Assembly: GCA_029717555.1 (NCBI GenBank)
Contig: JAMDHS010000013.1
Span: 124,001 to 188,000 of the forward strand
Direction of reading: 5' to 3'
DNA: 64,000 bases
Source of the DNA: Peribolospora baueri
Lineage: Eukaryota
Shown: positions 34,829 through 46,312 of the stretch, one piece after another
Position numbering within the stretch: the first letter of the stretch is position 1
Layout of the letters: every line of letters begins with the position of its first letter
The notes under the pieces: model-generated
Told to the model about the DNA's origin: nothing
The model's database searches: none
What the model saw: only the letters and a program-made list of their open reading frames with translations
Translations under genes and position numbers: made by a program

Positions 34829-35682
34829 ATGGCCGAGCCCTACGATCCGTACATCCCCTCCGGCAATGCCTCCGCCAATCCGTCTGGCGCCAATCGGCCC
34901 GGCAACGCCAAGACCGCACAGATCCAAGCCCAGATCGACGAGACGGTTGGGGTGATGCGGGACAACATCAACAAGGTCAATGAGCGTGGCGAGAGGATCA
35001 ACTCTCTTCAGGACAAGACCGGTGAGTCCTCGTCATTCTTTTTGCGGCGGATGGCTGGCGACTGTAGGCGGTAGTAGCGTGGATTGTCCGACCTCGATGT
35101 CAAGCGCTTGCTTTTCTGCCCGCCGTTGTTCCGTAACTACAATAATGAATGCCTCTTTCTATCCGCCATTGTTTGAACACTGCTGACCTCACTTTGACTC
35201 ATTCCTCACCCTTGACAGATAACCTCGCCGTGTCCGCGCAAGGTTTCCGCCGAGGAGCCAACCGTGTCAGGAAGCAGATGTGGTGGAAGGTAAGTGTCTA
35301 TACACTGCATCTGACCGTGTTGAGCGTGCTTTGCTGTCGGAAGACAGACTTGCGAAATTGGTTGACTGAGGCCGCCTAATTGGCTGGTGTCGTTTGGTGA
35401 TCTCTCAGGACATGAAGATGCGCATTATCATCATCGTCGGCATCCTCATCCTTCTTACCGTCATCATCGGTGCGTCGGCTGCTAGCTCATGCTACGTGTT
35501 ATGTCGTAAGCTTGTGCTGAGAGTTTTCGTGATTCCATTATGTGGCCCTCAGTCCCTATCGTCGTCAAGGAGAAGTGAGTTTGGCGCATACATCTCGTCG
35601 TTTGCGAAGGTGGGGTTACGTCGATGTCGCAACCTTCGCTCACTCGCTCGCGTCTTGCCATATCATCGTCTTCAGGAAATGA
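34829..35682 (+). CDS. Synaptobrevin/VAMP R-SNARE (Snc1/Snc2-like)
   Basis: [54 protein letters not shown] plus a TM helix. Ends at 35578 if the last intron is retained or at 35682 if spliced. Confidence 0.95.
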
Positions 35683-36924
35683 GATGGGCACAGATCCAAT
35701 GTCCGCTCAGCCGCGCCATTACCCGTCTGTCCGCTGTCCTTTACATGGTCGTCTCTCTGCTCGGCTCAAGCCCACCTTTAGTCACCTCGGGCTCTTCTCT
35801 GTGGTAGTTCTTCAGCTCGATGGAAGCGCACCACTTGACTCGGTTTCCTCTTCTTCCCTTTCCGGCCCTCTTCTGTGCTTCCCTTGGGTACCTTTTTGTT
35901 CACATATCGATGCCTCCAGAATGTATTTGAGCTGAAATTGGAGCTGGGCCAGAATCACATACCTGTCCCATGTCCGAAAAAGGATGGGAGAATAGCGGTG
36001 ACAGACCTCCCGAAATCGTCTATGACGAGAGAGAAAGATGAGGTCGGGCGATCCCTCATCTTTCCTCATCTACCGTCCATCCTTGTCCGTCGTTCCTCCT
36101 CCCTTCGTACCACAGATATTTGAGCCGAGCTGAGGCCGACCGGATAAGAGGGATGCATGGACGGACGAGGGTCGAGAGGTATAGGTTTCTTCTTCTCCTC
36201 AGCACGAAATCATACAACCATCCCGACTGGCATGCCGTCGATGCCATCAATCCCATAGATCATTGTTCCTGTCCGACCACCAACACTCCTCTACCCGTCT
36301 GCCAGTCCTCCTCAGTCAGTAGGGCTTATAAACGGGTAGCCTCGTCGGCGCAGTCACGCCACGTAGGTAGAGAGTCCCCCCAAGTCCCACTTTGTGCGAT
36401 ATCGCTCAGGCTTCTTCGATACGTTGTCCCTGGTAGCCACTTGCGTGCTGGCCAAGTCGCGTCGAGGCTGATCCGAATCGAGCGGCTGAGCGGTGGAACT
36501 AGCGGGGACGGTATGCACACACGAGCGGCGGTGTTTGCATTCGACTGTGTCCTGTCTTTTGGAATAACGAGCTACCTGGCTGAAGATGACCGTCGTCGTC
36601 GTCGTTCGGACGAAAGGTGTCGCCTGACTTGCACCCTTTCACGCTCTACTTGCCCTGATCGGCCTCCACTGTCCGCACGGGCCGGCCCGAGAGAAGACCG
36701 ACGACCCGGCCTGACCTTCCAGGACATCCTTCCCTCCATCTTCCATCTCATTCCCTCACTCTCGTGCTTCCTCGTCTTCCGTCTGCTAGAGTCGTCGTCA
36801 TAGACTTCAACATATAGAGCTCGTATAGACACATAGATATTCCTCCCGGGACGAGGACAGCTGCGCCACATAGATCCAGCTTGCTAGTTCGCACCTACAC
36901 ACACACGCGTCTATCCATAGAACC

Positions 36925-38934
36925 ATGGCGCCGCCGCCGGTCGACTACGAAGGTGAGTAGGGCACAGGCGTGACGCTTCCTCTAGGACAAGTGGCCCGCT
37001 GTCTCTCGCCACAGTCTCCGTCGTCGTGCCCTTTTTCGATGTACAGCTCACACCCTTGATTTCCCTCTCTTTTCGATCGATTCCGCCCGATAGCCGTCAA
37101 GAGGGACATTATCGGTATCCTCAAGCAAGATGGCTACGACGATGGCAGCATCGGGCCCGTACTCGTTAGGCTGGCATGGCACGCAAGCGGAACGTACGAC
37201 GCCGCTGTGAGTGTCGGCAAGCGACCCCGTCGAATCGGTCGGCAGGTCCCCCCTCCTTGGACTCTCCTTAACCCTTCGGTGCCGGCTGGGTTCGGTCAGT
37301 CGAGTCGACGCATGCGTAGCAAGGACGAGCGTACTGATACTTTTTCACGCGTGCATGCATACATGTCTTTCTTCTCTCTCGTCATTTGTCCCTTCCGTAG
37401 ACCGATACCGGCGGATCGAACGGCGCCGGAATGAGGTTCGAGAAAGAGGCTGGTGACGGCGCCAGTGAGTCGTCTCCGTCTTTTTTTCTGTTCGTCAACG
37501 GCATGCACATCTCGTCTATTGACTTGCCATGGAGAGTTCAGGATGGCTGAACGTGGATGTCCTCCCTTCCGTCCACTCGACTACCGAACCGTCCGTTTCT
37601 TCCCCCTTATCTACCTCGCCCTTTTGCCCTCGCCTCTTCATTGTACCAAAGACAATGGTCTCCACCACGCCCGCGCCTTCCTCGAGCCCATCAAGCGTAA
37701 GCACCCCAACATCTCTTACGCCGACCTGTGGACCCTGGCGGGTGTGGTGGCGATCAAGGCTATGGGCGGTCCTGACATCCCGTGGAAGGGTGGTAGGACG
37801 GATTTCGTGGACGTGAGTGGCGAGGCCAAGCCAAGCGAGGAAACTTCGAACATGTTGGGCATTCACCCTCTGATGGAGATGGAGATGGCAGGCGACGAAC
37901 TCGTGTGCTGATCCGTTCTTCCTCGCTACCTTTCCCCTCTCACAGGACTCTCTCGTCCCTCCCCGTGGCCGCTTGCCGGACGGAGCTCAGGGCGCCGACC
38001 ACCTCCGCGCAGTTTTCTATCGCATGGGCTTCAACGACCAGGAGATTGTTGCTCTGTGAGTCTCCTCCTTCTCTGTGTACACGTTCACAAACGTGGTCAC
38101 GTACGATCGATCCGCTCCTTCTCTTTTCTTTTGTTGCTGATCGCCACCGGTTTTACCACCTCGCACCGTTTTTTCGCAACAGCTCGGGCGGTCACAGCCT
38201 TGGCCGCATGCATGCTGACCGCTCCGGGTTCGATGGTCCTTGGGTGAACAACCCAACGCGGTTCAGCAACCAGTTGTGAGTATCGGAGTCGGTCAGCTCA
38301 GCCGAGATGTCGGGCGCTTTCCTGCCTCTCCTTGATGGCTGATTTGCCTCATCGCATGCATTCCATTTTCGCTCCGTCTCTCAGTTTCAAGCTGCTCCTG
38401 AAGCTCAAATGGGAGCCTAAGAAGTGGCAGGGCAACAAGCAGTTCGTCGCTCAGGGTGTCGACGAAGAGCTGGCCATGCTGCCAACGGACGTGAGTAGCG
38501 ACCGCGCATCCGTCTTTGCGGTCACGGTGTCGCCGGATAGCTCGCTAACCATGTCATCAATCGTCCTTATCCTCACTCTCGGCGATCGTGGGTAACTGGC
38601 TTAGATGGCCCTCATCTCCGACCCTAAGTTCCGTCCTTGGGTGGAGAAGTACGCCGAGGACAAGGATGCCTTCTTTGCCGACTTTGCCAAGGTGTTCGCC
38701 AAGTTGATCGAGGTGAGCATGAGCACACGCTGGTCTGCCTCCATCTGGGGGTTGAGCGTTCGTGTATGCTCGTCAGTGCTCACGCCGGTACGCCCTCGTC
38801 GCTGCCTCTTCCACTGTGCCCTCTTCCCTTCAATTCCCCCCTTGTCACAGCTCGGCGTCCACCGCGATGCGAACGGCATCGCGACGCACGACCATTTGAG
38901 GAAGAAGGCGGGCGGCTACCAATCTAAGCTTTAG
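36925..38934 (+). CDS. Class I heme peroxidase (cytochrome c/ascorbate peroxidase-like, CCP2 type) with PTS1
   Basis: [70 protein letters not shown] and [14 protein letters not shown]; ends GGYQSKL*; no mitochondrial presequence. Confidence 0.93.
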
Positions 38935-39438
38935 AGCCATGCGTCCATGCGGTCCTCCCTTTTCTTTCGTTCTTTTTTTATCCCTTGTCGTCCTGCTTTA
39001 GAGTATGGGACAGGCGTGGGGCGTTGCGGGATTTAATGAATGGTTCACCACTCTCCGTTCATTGGACTGGGACTGTTTGAAAATCGCTGCATGTTCCATT
39101 ATGCGAGTATGCGACGTTCGCATTTGAAAAGGATTGTCGCAAGGTCTTCGGCAGACCTAGACCTTCATCCAGGTCCACCTCCATAAGGTCCCGCCTGGCA
39201 CTCCACGTCGCTACAAAGGGCGATATCGCGAAAAGGGCGGGGCATCGATCTACGTCGCGATCGTCTCATCCGTGACACCTTCTATATGTTGTACAAGGTG
39301 CGAACAGCTTTGCACACTGACACCCGCCCCCGCAACTCGGCCTAGATGTTGGAACGTGGCAGTGCCGTGACTGTGGGACAGTCTGTCCGTCGCTGTCGCG
39401 AAAGCAGACTCCCGTCGTGCGCCTCTGAGCAAAAGGAT

Positions 39439-40698
39439 TTAGGATGTCGAAGGAGCTTGACGCTCCATCGCCTTGCTCGGCCAGAGTTTGGTCTTGCGTC
39501 CGCGTGGAGTGTACTCCAATTTGAGCGGAGGGTCCAGAATTCCGAGCTCTCTCTTCATCTCCTCCATGTCCCTTTCCCAACACTCTTCCCAACACACTCC
39601 GATGAGCGGTTTGGCGCTCCCTCCCACGCGCACCGCCCAAGGCGCTAGTTGGCCAAAAAGAATCCCGCGCTCCTCGCTGGAAAGGCGCAGAGGCCCAAAG
39701 ACGGCGGAGATACCTGCGACGGGAAGGCCGAAGTTGGCCAGCTCGAACCATTTAACGGCGAGCTCGCCGAGCGTAGAGACTGGCATGGAGAGGAGGCAGT
39801 GGTAGAAGTCGTGCGATTCGCGATAGCGTTGCATCACGTAAGCCAGTTCGGCGTCGTCGACGAAGCGAACCTGCAAGGAGTGAAGAAGAAAAAGGCAGTA
39901 GGCAGGGATCGATTAGCATTCGCGGCAGAATGCAGACCATGCAAGGCAGTAAAGTCCGGATCGAAAGACCGCACCGCTGACGCACCTGTTCTCTGGTGTC
40001 CGGACTGACATTACACCACTCTAACCAGTGTACGTATGCCTTTCCAAACGTGCCCTCAGGAAGGCTACGAAGGTAGTCCATGTCCACCGTCTCGGTATTG
40101 ATCGCGGGACGATCTCGGAGGACACGCCTGCCGGAGTGAGTGGAGAGCATCTGGTCGCGCAGGCGCGGGAGGAAGGGGCCACCTGTTGTCTCTCCTAGGG
40201 CTGCAATCATGTCTGAGTCGGAAGGATGCAATTGGAAATGTCAGAAAAGAACCAGGGAGACTCCCGGGGCCGACACAGGTCAATGGCCCTTCCTATCGTC
40301 CTTCCTGAGCAACTCACCCCCTCGAGCCGGGTTATTGAGGGACGCGACGGCCGAACCGAGAGTCATGATCGCTTTCTGAAGTGTGTTTAGCGGGACTGCG
40401 AGCCAGACGGGCGTGTACGACGAGAGATGCTCAGACGTTTTTGACTTGATACGTCCATTCATAATGTCCAGGCGAGCAGATGGAGACGGAAGGAAGATAA
40501 AGATGACCGCTTACTATGTCCTTCATACAACGGTCGGTCACCGCTGTACGACGGTCCCTCTGACCGCCATCGCTGCTGCTGTCGGATGGCGTGCGCGCCG
40601 CCGAGTTGAGCAGAGATGTGAGAAACGTCCACAACGGCAAAGTCGAGGGAGCGGAACAGCTTGGACCTCGTCCGTGAGATCGTTCGAGGGACGGCCAT
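39439..40698 (-). CDS. COQ4: Ubiquinone biosynthesis protein Coq4
   Basis: YEGHIPL, PARGDMIAALGETT, LPEGTFG, VSPDTR and YVMQRYRESHDFYH...GELAVKWFE (HDxxH..E motif); Arg-rich presequence. Confidence 0.95.
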
Positions 40699-40977
40699 CT
40701 CGGGATGAGTAGAGAATTTGACGACGATGCCATCGTCCCCGGGCAGCCAGTTAGACCGGCCCGATCGGAGCGAGCGCGCACGTGACTTTCCAGATCTTCC
40801 GGTATCGGCGAGGTAAAGACGATTCCTGATCGACGAGCATTTCAACGTGCTGGCCAAGACGGGTGGCTGGCATCTCTCATCTTCGTCCTTCCCTTTCCTC
40901 TTCTGGCTCGCTTGACTTGCATGTTCTTGCTGCAGCCCTGCTGACTCCAGGTATACCGGTCTTCTCGCTCGTTCGCC

Positions 40978-43114
40978 ATGGCGATTTTCGACTATATCCC
41001 TCGCTCCCGGCTCGCCAACTTGCACAAGTACAAGTACTCTGGCGTAGATCACAGTCTGCTCTCCAAGCATGTGCTGACGCCGTACTGGAACAAGCTCGTC
41101 ACCCTTTTTCCGTTATGGGTGGCGCCTAACAGTGTGAGTGCTCAAGACGGGTCTCAACCTTCATGACCGAGCCCGAAGCCGTGGCTTTCGAAACTAATAA
41201 GATATGCTTCATCGTGGGCAGATCACCCTCACGGGCCTAGGAATGGTCATGATCAACTTCCTCACTTTACTCTATTATGACCCTGCTCTTTCTTGCGCCT
41301 CTCACCACAAGCTCGACCCTTCCCAGTACGCCTACGAGCACCTCGACGAGTTTGACTCCCCCCATCGCCTTGCGCCCCGTCCGCTTTTCGGACGCTTTGC
41401 GATGGGCGGTGCAGTGGAAGTTAGGAAAGGGGACGAAGCGCGCTGCGTTCCGAACTGGATATATTTCACGTACGTGCAGAGGGGTGCTCGTTGAGCATCT
41501 CATTAATGTTGACAGATGGAAACCCTCTGATCGAACTGAGTTTGCATTCTCTTCGACAGCTTCGCCATTGGTCTCTTCATATACCAGTCTTTCGACGCTA
41601 TTGATGGCAAGCAGGCACGAAGGACCGGCATGGCGGGCCCGCTCGGCGAGCTTTTTGACCACGGTAAGCTTGTTCGTCCCATCCTCGGAGGTCCGCCTGT
41701 GTTGCCTTTACTTATCATGAGACGTGTCCCGATGTTTGATCCGTCTCCTTCACCCTTTGTGTAATTGTAAGGTTGTGACGCCCTCAACACCACGCTCGAA
41801 GTCGTACTCTGCGCGTCCGCACTGAACCTCGGTCGATCCTGGTGGATGGTCGCCAGCGAGGTGGCCACCATTGCCAACTTTTACCTTACGACGTCAGTCT
41901 CCTCACCTCTCATTCTTGTCATGTCTTCTCTCTGCCGCAGAGGCTCATATATTCCTTTTTGCGACCACTTGCAGCTGGGAAGAACGCCATACGGGTACCC
42001 TTTACCTCTCTGCCTTTTCTGGGCCCATCGAAGGCATAATGATGATTTGCGGCATCTACGTAATCACCGGCTTCGCCGGTCCCACCTTCTGGGACCAAGG
42101 CGTGCTGTCTGTGCTCCGGCTCGATCACATCTCATGGGTCAGAGAACACTTCGCCGGCGCGAATATCCCCTTGAACGACGCGTTCCTGTCCTTCAGTGCG
42201 GTGGGACTGGCCGCCAACGTCATTGCTAGGTGGGCATTTCTTTGGTGGGAAAGGGATGGTGTATATTTTCGCTCATTTTGCGACCACGTCGACTGTTCAA
42301 CTTTCTTCACTCAGCTCTTCCAACGTCATCAAGGCTCGCCGAGCTTCCAATAAAGCCATCCTTCCTCCGCTTTGGGGCCTACTGCCCTTCGTCTTTTCCA
42401 CGATCCTCAACCTCCTCTGGCTTTCCGGAGGTCCTTCCTCCGCCAAGCTTCCCGGCTGGGCGAGTGCCCCGATTCTCAGCGATCCGGACACGTTCCTCCC
42501 TTTCATCTGCTACTGGGGACTTTCTTTCGCGTACAACGTCGGACTGATCATCGTCTCTCACGTCACCAATGCTCCCTTCCCCTACTGGGCAGCTCCCACC
42601 GTGTGGAGTGGCCTTGGAGCGCTGGACGCCAATCTGCCGAGGTTGCTTGGAAGGTGAGCACAAAGGACGCTGTCCTCTTCGCCATCGATATAAGGATCCC
42701 ATTTCCTTCGAAGCACAACACTCATTCGTACTTTTCCCTATTCCCCGTCGACTGTCCTTACCCGCTTTACACCACCAAAGGCAACCTCTCCTTCAATCGA
42801 CGCCTGCCAATGCCCGTCTTTTCATCCTCTTTTCCCTCCTTCTTTCCTTCCTCCTCTACACCCACTTCGTCGTCTCTGTCATCCACCGCATCACTTCTTA
42901 CATCGGCATCCCGTGCTTCCTCGTTCGCCCCAAACGCCCTTCACCGGCCTCTATCCTCGATGTCAAGTCGCTCAAGAAGCTGGCGGAAGACGAAAAGGCT
43001 GCGGAAGTGGCGCTCGGCGGCTATAGTCCGGCAGACGGAGATAATGGTACGGCTGTCGTGGGGACGACCGGGGTCAGGACGAGGGGGAAGAAGGCGAATG
43101 GAAAGAGGGCATAG
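40978..43114 (+). CDS. EPT1: Choline/ethanolamine phosphotransferase (CDP-alcohol phosphotransferase)
   Basis: [57 protein letters not shown] and [15 protein letters not shown]1 cannot be distinguished from CPT1 here. Confidence 0.93.
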
Positions 43115-44192
43115 CGAAGTGTGGAAGGGGTAGACGAGAGTTGGGGTGCGCTTTGGAGGCAGCTTAGGAATCGGCACGGCGGACTATGCCATCAGGTTGG
43201 TTGACATTCCTTGAGTGGAGGTAGGGTCCGGCACGGAGGGCTTGGGATGACGTTGCCTTGTTCCAACATCATGAGGTACGACTTGCGACGATGACAAAAT
43301 AACGCTAGTGTTCACCGAGGTCGGTCTGAGGACTTCTGGGAAGGAACCTATGCTGTGTGCGCTTCAGGATTTGCAGTCTTGTTTGCATCCATATTCTTAT
43401 GACTGGTTAGAAATACATCATGTTTACTTGATCCATGAACCATGAAGGACGACGAGGACACAGGAAGACATGCCGATAGGCCCCACCGTGTGCATATCCG
43501 AGACTTCTTCCCGTTGTCCCATTCCTTGTTTCGTTTGGCCTCAATTTCGGGCCTGCGCATGGACCGGGCGCCTGCGCACCAGCTTCAGCAATCCGCTTGA
43601 TTTTAGTTGATTTATATGGAACTTGACATGGCCTTGAAAAAGACACGAAAAAGCGCGCCCACCCCTCACCTCACCATCCGCTGGCCTCGAAGCGGGCGCT
43701 ACGATATAGAGTGGGTGAAGCACTCCACATCCATGGCACGGAAGGGATTCCCGATCGCCCTCGCAGGTGCTTGCTGTCGTTGATGTCCATGGCGTAAGTG
43801 CTCCTATCGAAGCAGTGGTATCCTCGCCGATTGCCCTCCCCACCCTCCCCCCCCGGTAGAAGGATTGCCATCTTAATGAAGTTGGAGAGGCTACTCCAAA
43901 GAAAGCCGAGAGATCCGCATAGATGGGAAGGAGAAGTGTCGGGTGAAACGGCAGAGACGCAGACGAGTACACGTCTGTTGATCAGGCACTTTATAGGTCG
44001 CACAGACTTGAGGTGCAACACACATCCACCAGCTCCCTGAACGAGGGTTCTTGGGAACAGCGCTGTAGGCGACCGTCAGGCTAGCATTCCTTCTGGTTCC
44101 TGTCCAAGCAATTACGGCTCACACTAAGGCTCCAAACATGGCCGAGGGCGGTTCAAGCGCCAGAAAGGAAAATGTGCAAGTAGTTCATTCCA

Positions 44193-46039
44193 TTACTGCG
44201 TCCCACGGTTCTGACCCTCATCCCCCGCTGTGGCTATGGCCTTAATCATAGCCGCGCCCACCTTGTTGCCTTCCTCAAACTGACCCTGGAAGAATTCTGC
44301 GGTCTGCTGGAACTTGCGGCGGTAACTGTCAAAGTGTCCAAACTCGACCGCCTGAGCCCATCCACGGGCAGCGACGACGAATTCGGTGTCGTCGGAACGG
44401 AATGACTCGTCATGGACGGCCGCCTTCAAGGATGCCTCTAGCCGGGCTGGCGAGCGGAACAAATACTCGGATACGCCGATCCAGAGGCGGAAGAGGGGCG
44501 TACCGGCGATGGAGAGATGTGCATATGGATCGATGCCCAACTGCGCCCAACTGTCGACAATGGAAAGAAGGGAGAGATGCGAGTTCGGAGGTTCGGCTTG
44601 GTTGGAAATGGCTGGATTTGATTTGGCGTTGCCCCCCCACTCATCGCTGCCCGAGCCGGGTAAGGCCCGGTGCGGATTGCCAGACGGAGAAGAAAATAGG
44701 GAGCCTAGCGAAAACCTGTCGAGGACTTTATCGCTGAGCAAGATGGGCTTCCGGCCTTGACTCTCCCCTCGCTCGCCTTCCTTCCATCCGAACACCTTCT
44801 CTCGCGCTTTCCACATCCTCTCCTTCAACTCCGCTTCCTTCTTGTTCACCATGAGCTTATACAGCTCCGTCACGCTCTTGGCATACTGGTCGATCTGTTC
44901 TCTCGCTGAAGGATTCAGGAGAGCAAGGCCGGCGTATACGTGCCACTTGTTGGAGTAAATGCGCAGAGTCAGGTTCACCTTGACCGTCTCAATACCTCGG
45001 GGATAGCGTCCGCTGGCCCAGGGATAGGCAGACTCGGATCGCCAGGCTGTACCCATGCTAAAGGAAGCGTAGAACTGGATTTGCAAAAAACTCCGAGAGG
45101 CATGGCTGGACGCGCTCTAGGACCGACTGCGATGCTCACCTCAAGAAGGCGGCGTGGGTGACAGCTTGCGTGTTTGCTGTCACCCCATCGTGCTCCTCGT
45201 ACGACAAATAGACATAGCGAGACCGGAGGCAAGCAAGAATGCGCTCGACCAATCGAAGCTTGTGTTCGGGAGCTCGATGCCGGATGAGAATCTGAGGGGA
45301 TATGGACAATCTCGGGGAGTTAATCGAAACTGTCGGGAAAATGACCCAAGGTGATAGATACCCCGCTCACCAGTGGCTGTCCTTCTGGGCTGACGGTGGG
45401 GCCGTGCAAAGAGTGACAAGAGATGATGTGGACGTCGTCTGGAAGATACTTCTCAAACGCCGCGCGTTCTGGTGCCTTCACAGAAGTCTGGCCCGAGACG
45501 ATCGCGTCGACCTTTGTGGCTGCAGATCGTCGCATTGAGATGTCTTATTAGCAGCCTGGTGGAAGGTGAGGAAAAAGGAGAGCTATGCCGCTTACACGAC
45601 CCATATTCCGCCACCACTCGGTCGACGTACTCCGTTTCGACCGAATATACGATAAAGTCGCTGGTTCGTGACACAAGGTGACCATCTCGCAGGACGTTCA
45701 ACCCGGTGCCTGATGGGAACGGAGCGAGGTTAAGGGACACGCACATGAACGAGCAAGGAGGCGTTTGGACGGCGCCCACCTTCTAGCTCTACTCGGAGGC
45801 GTTCATAGTTCTCTGGCCGATCGCATACGTTGATCCTAAGTAGGAAGGAGGATGGAAGATTGCGACCTCCCCGTGAGCGTCGAACTTGAGCGTAACTCCT
45901 TTCTCCTAGACCGGTCACCAGGGTGGCCCACGCACCTCTTCCATCCTCCCTGGGTCAGATGTCGCGCATACATCCGGCCCATATCTCCCATGCCTATCAG
46001 CCCAATCTGCACATTTTCCTTCTCGTCCACGTCGGCCAT
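44193..46039 (-). CDS. TYR1: Prephenate dehydrogenase (NADP+)
   Basis: IGLIGMGDMGRMYA, SDFIVYSVE, GQTSVKAPE, CHSLHGP, TANTQAVTHAAFLSMG, RIYSNKWHVYAGLA and SHLSLL. Confidence 0.95.
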
Positions 46040-46312
46040 GGTGGATAGTCACACGACAGAGGGTTGCGATAACGGACGAAGCCATCCACTCGTCCGCCCT
46101 GCCCCGTCTTCACTCGCCTCCGCGTCGTCCGTGCGTCCTCCAGCCGCAGCATATAACCCTACTATGATCGCAGCGCACGTGGCAACCGGCTACATTTCAT
46201 CTGGACCCGCGACCCGATCGCTTCTGATCCTGCTCGGATCGTCTCTGTGCGACTGGCGTCGCCGGCGAAGCGCTCTCTGCATCCAAGGACACCGGTGAAG
46301 AAATCTCTGTCC

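Noticed and set aside
36120..36803. 227-aa ORF upstream of the peroxidase
   Set aside because: Non-ATG start and no domain; more likely promoter/5' UTR sequence.
43380..43980. U2, U3 or snR30/U17 identity for the intergenic region
   Set aside because: Only loose look-alikes (ctctcggctttctttgg, gacgtgtactc, atattctta). The invariant GTGTAGTA, GATCATTTCT and AAACCAT..ACA elements are missing.
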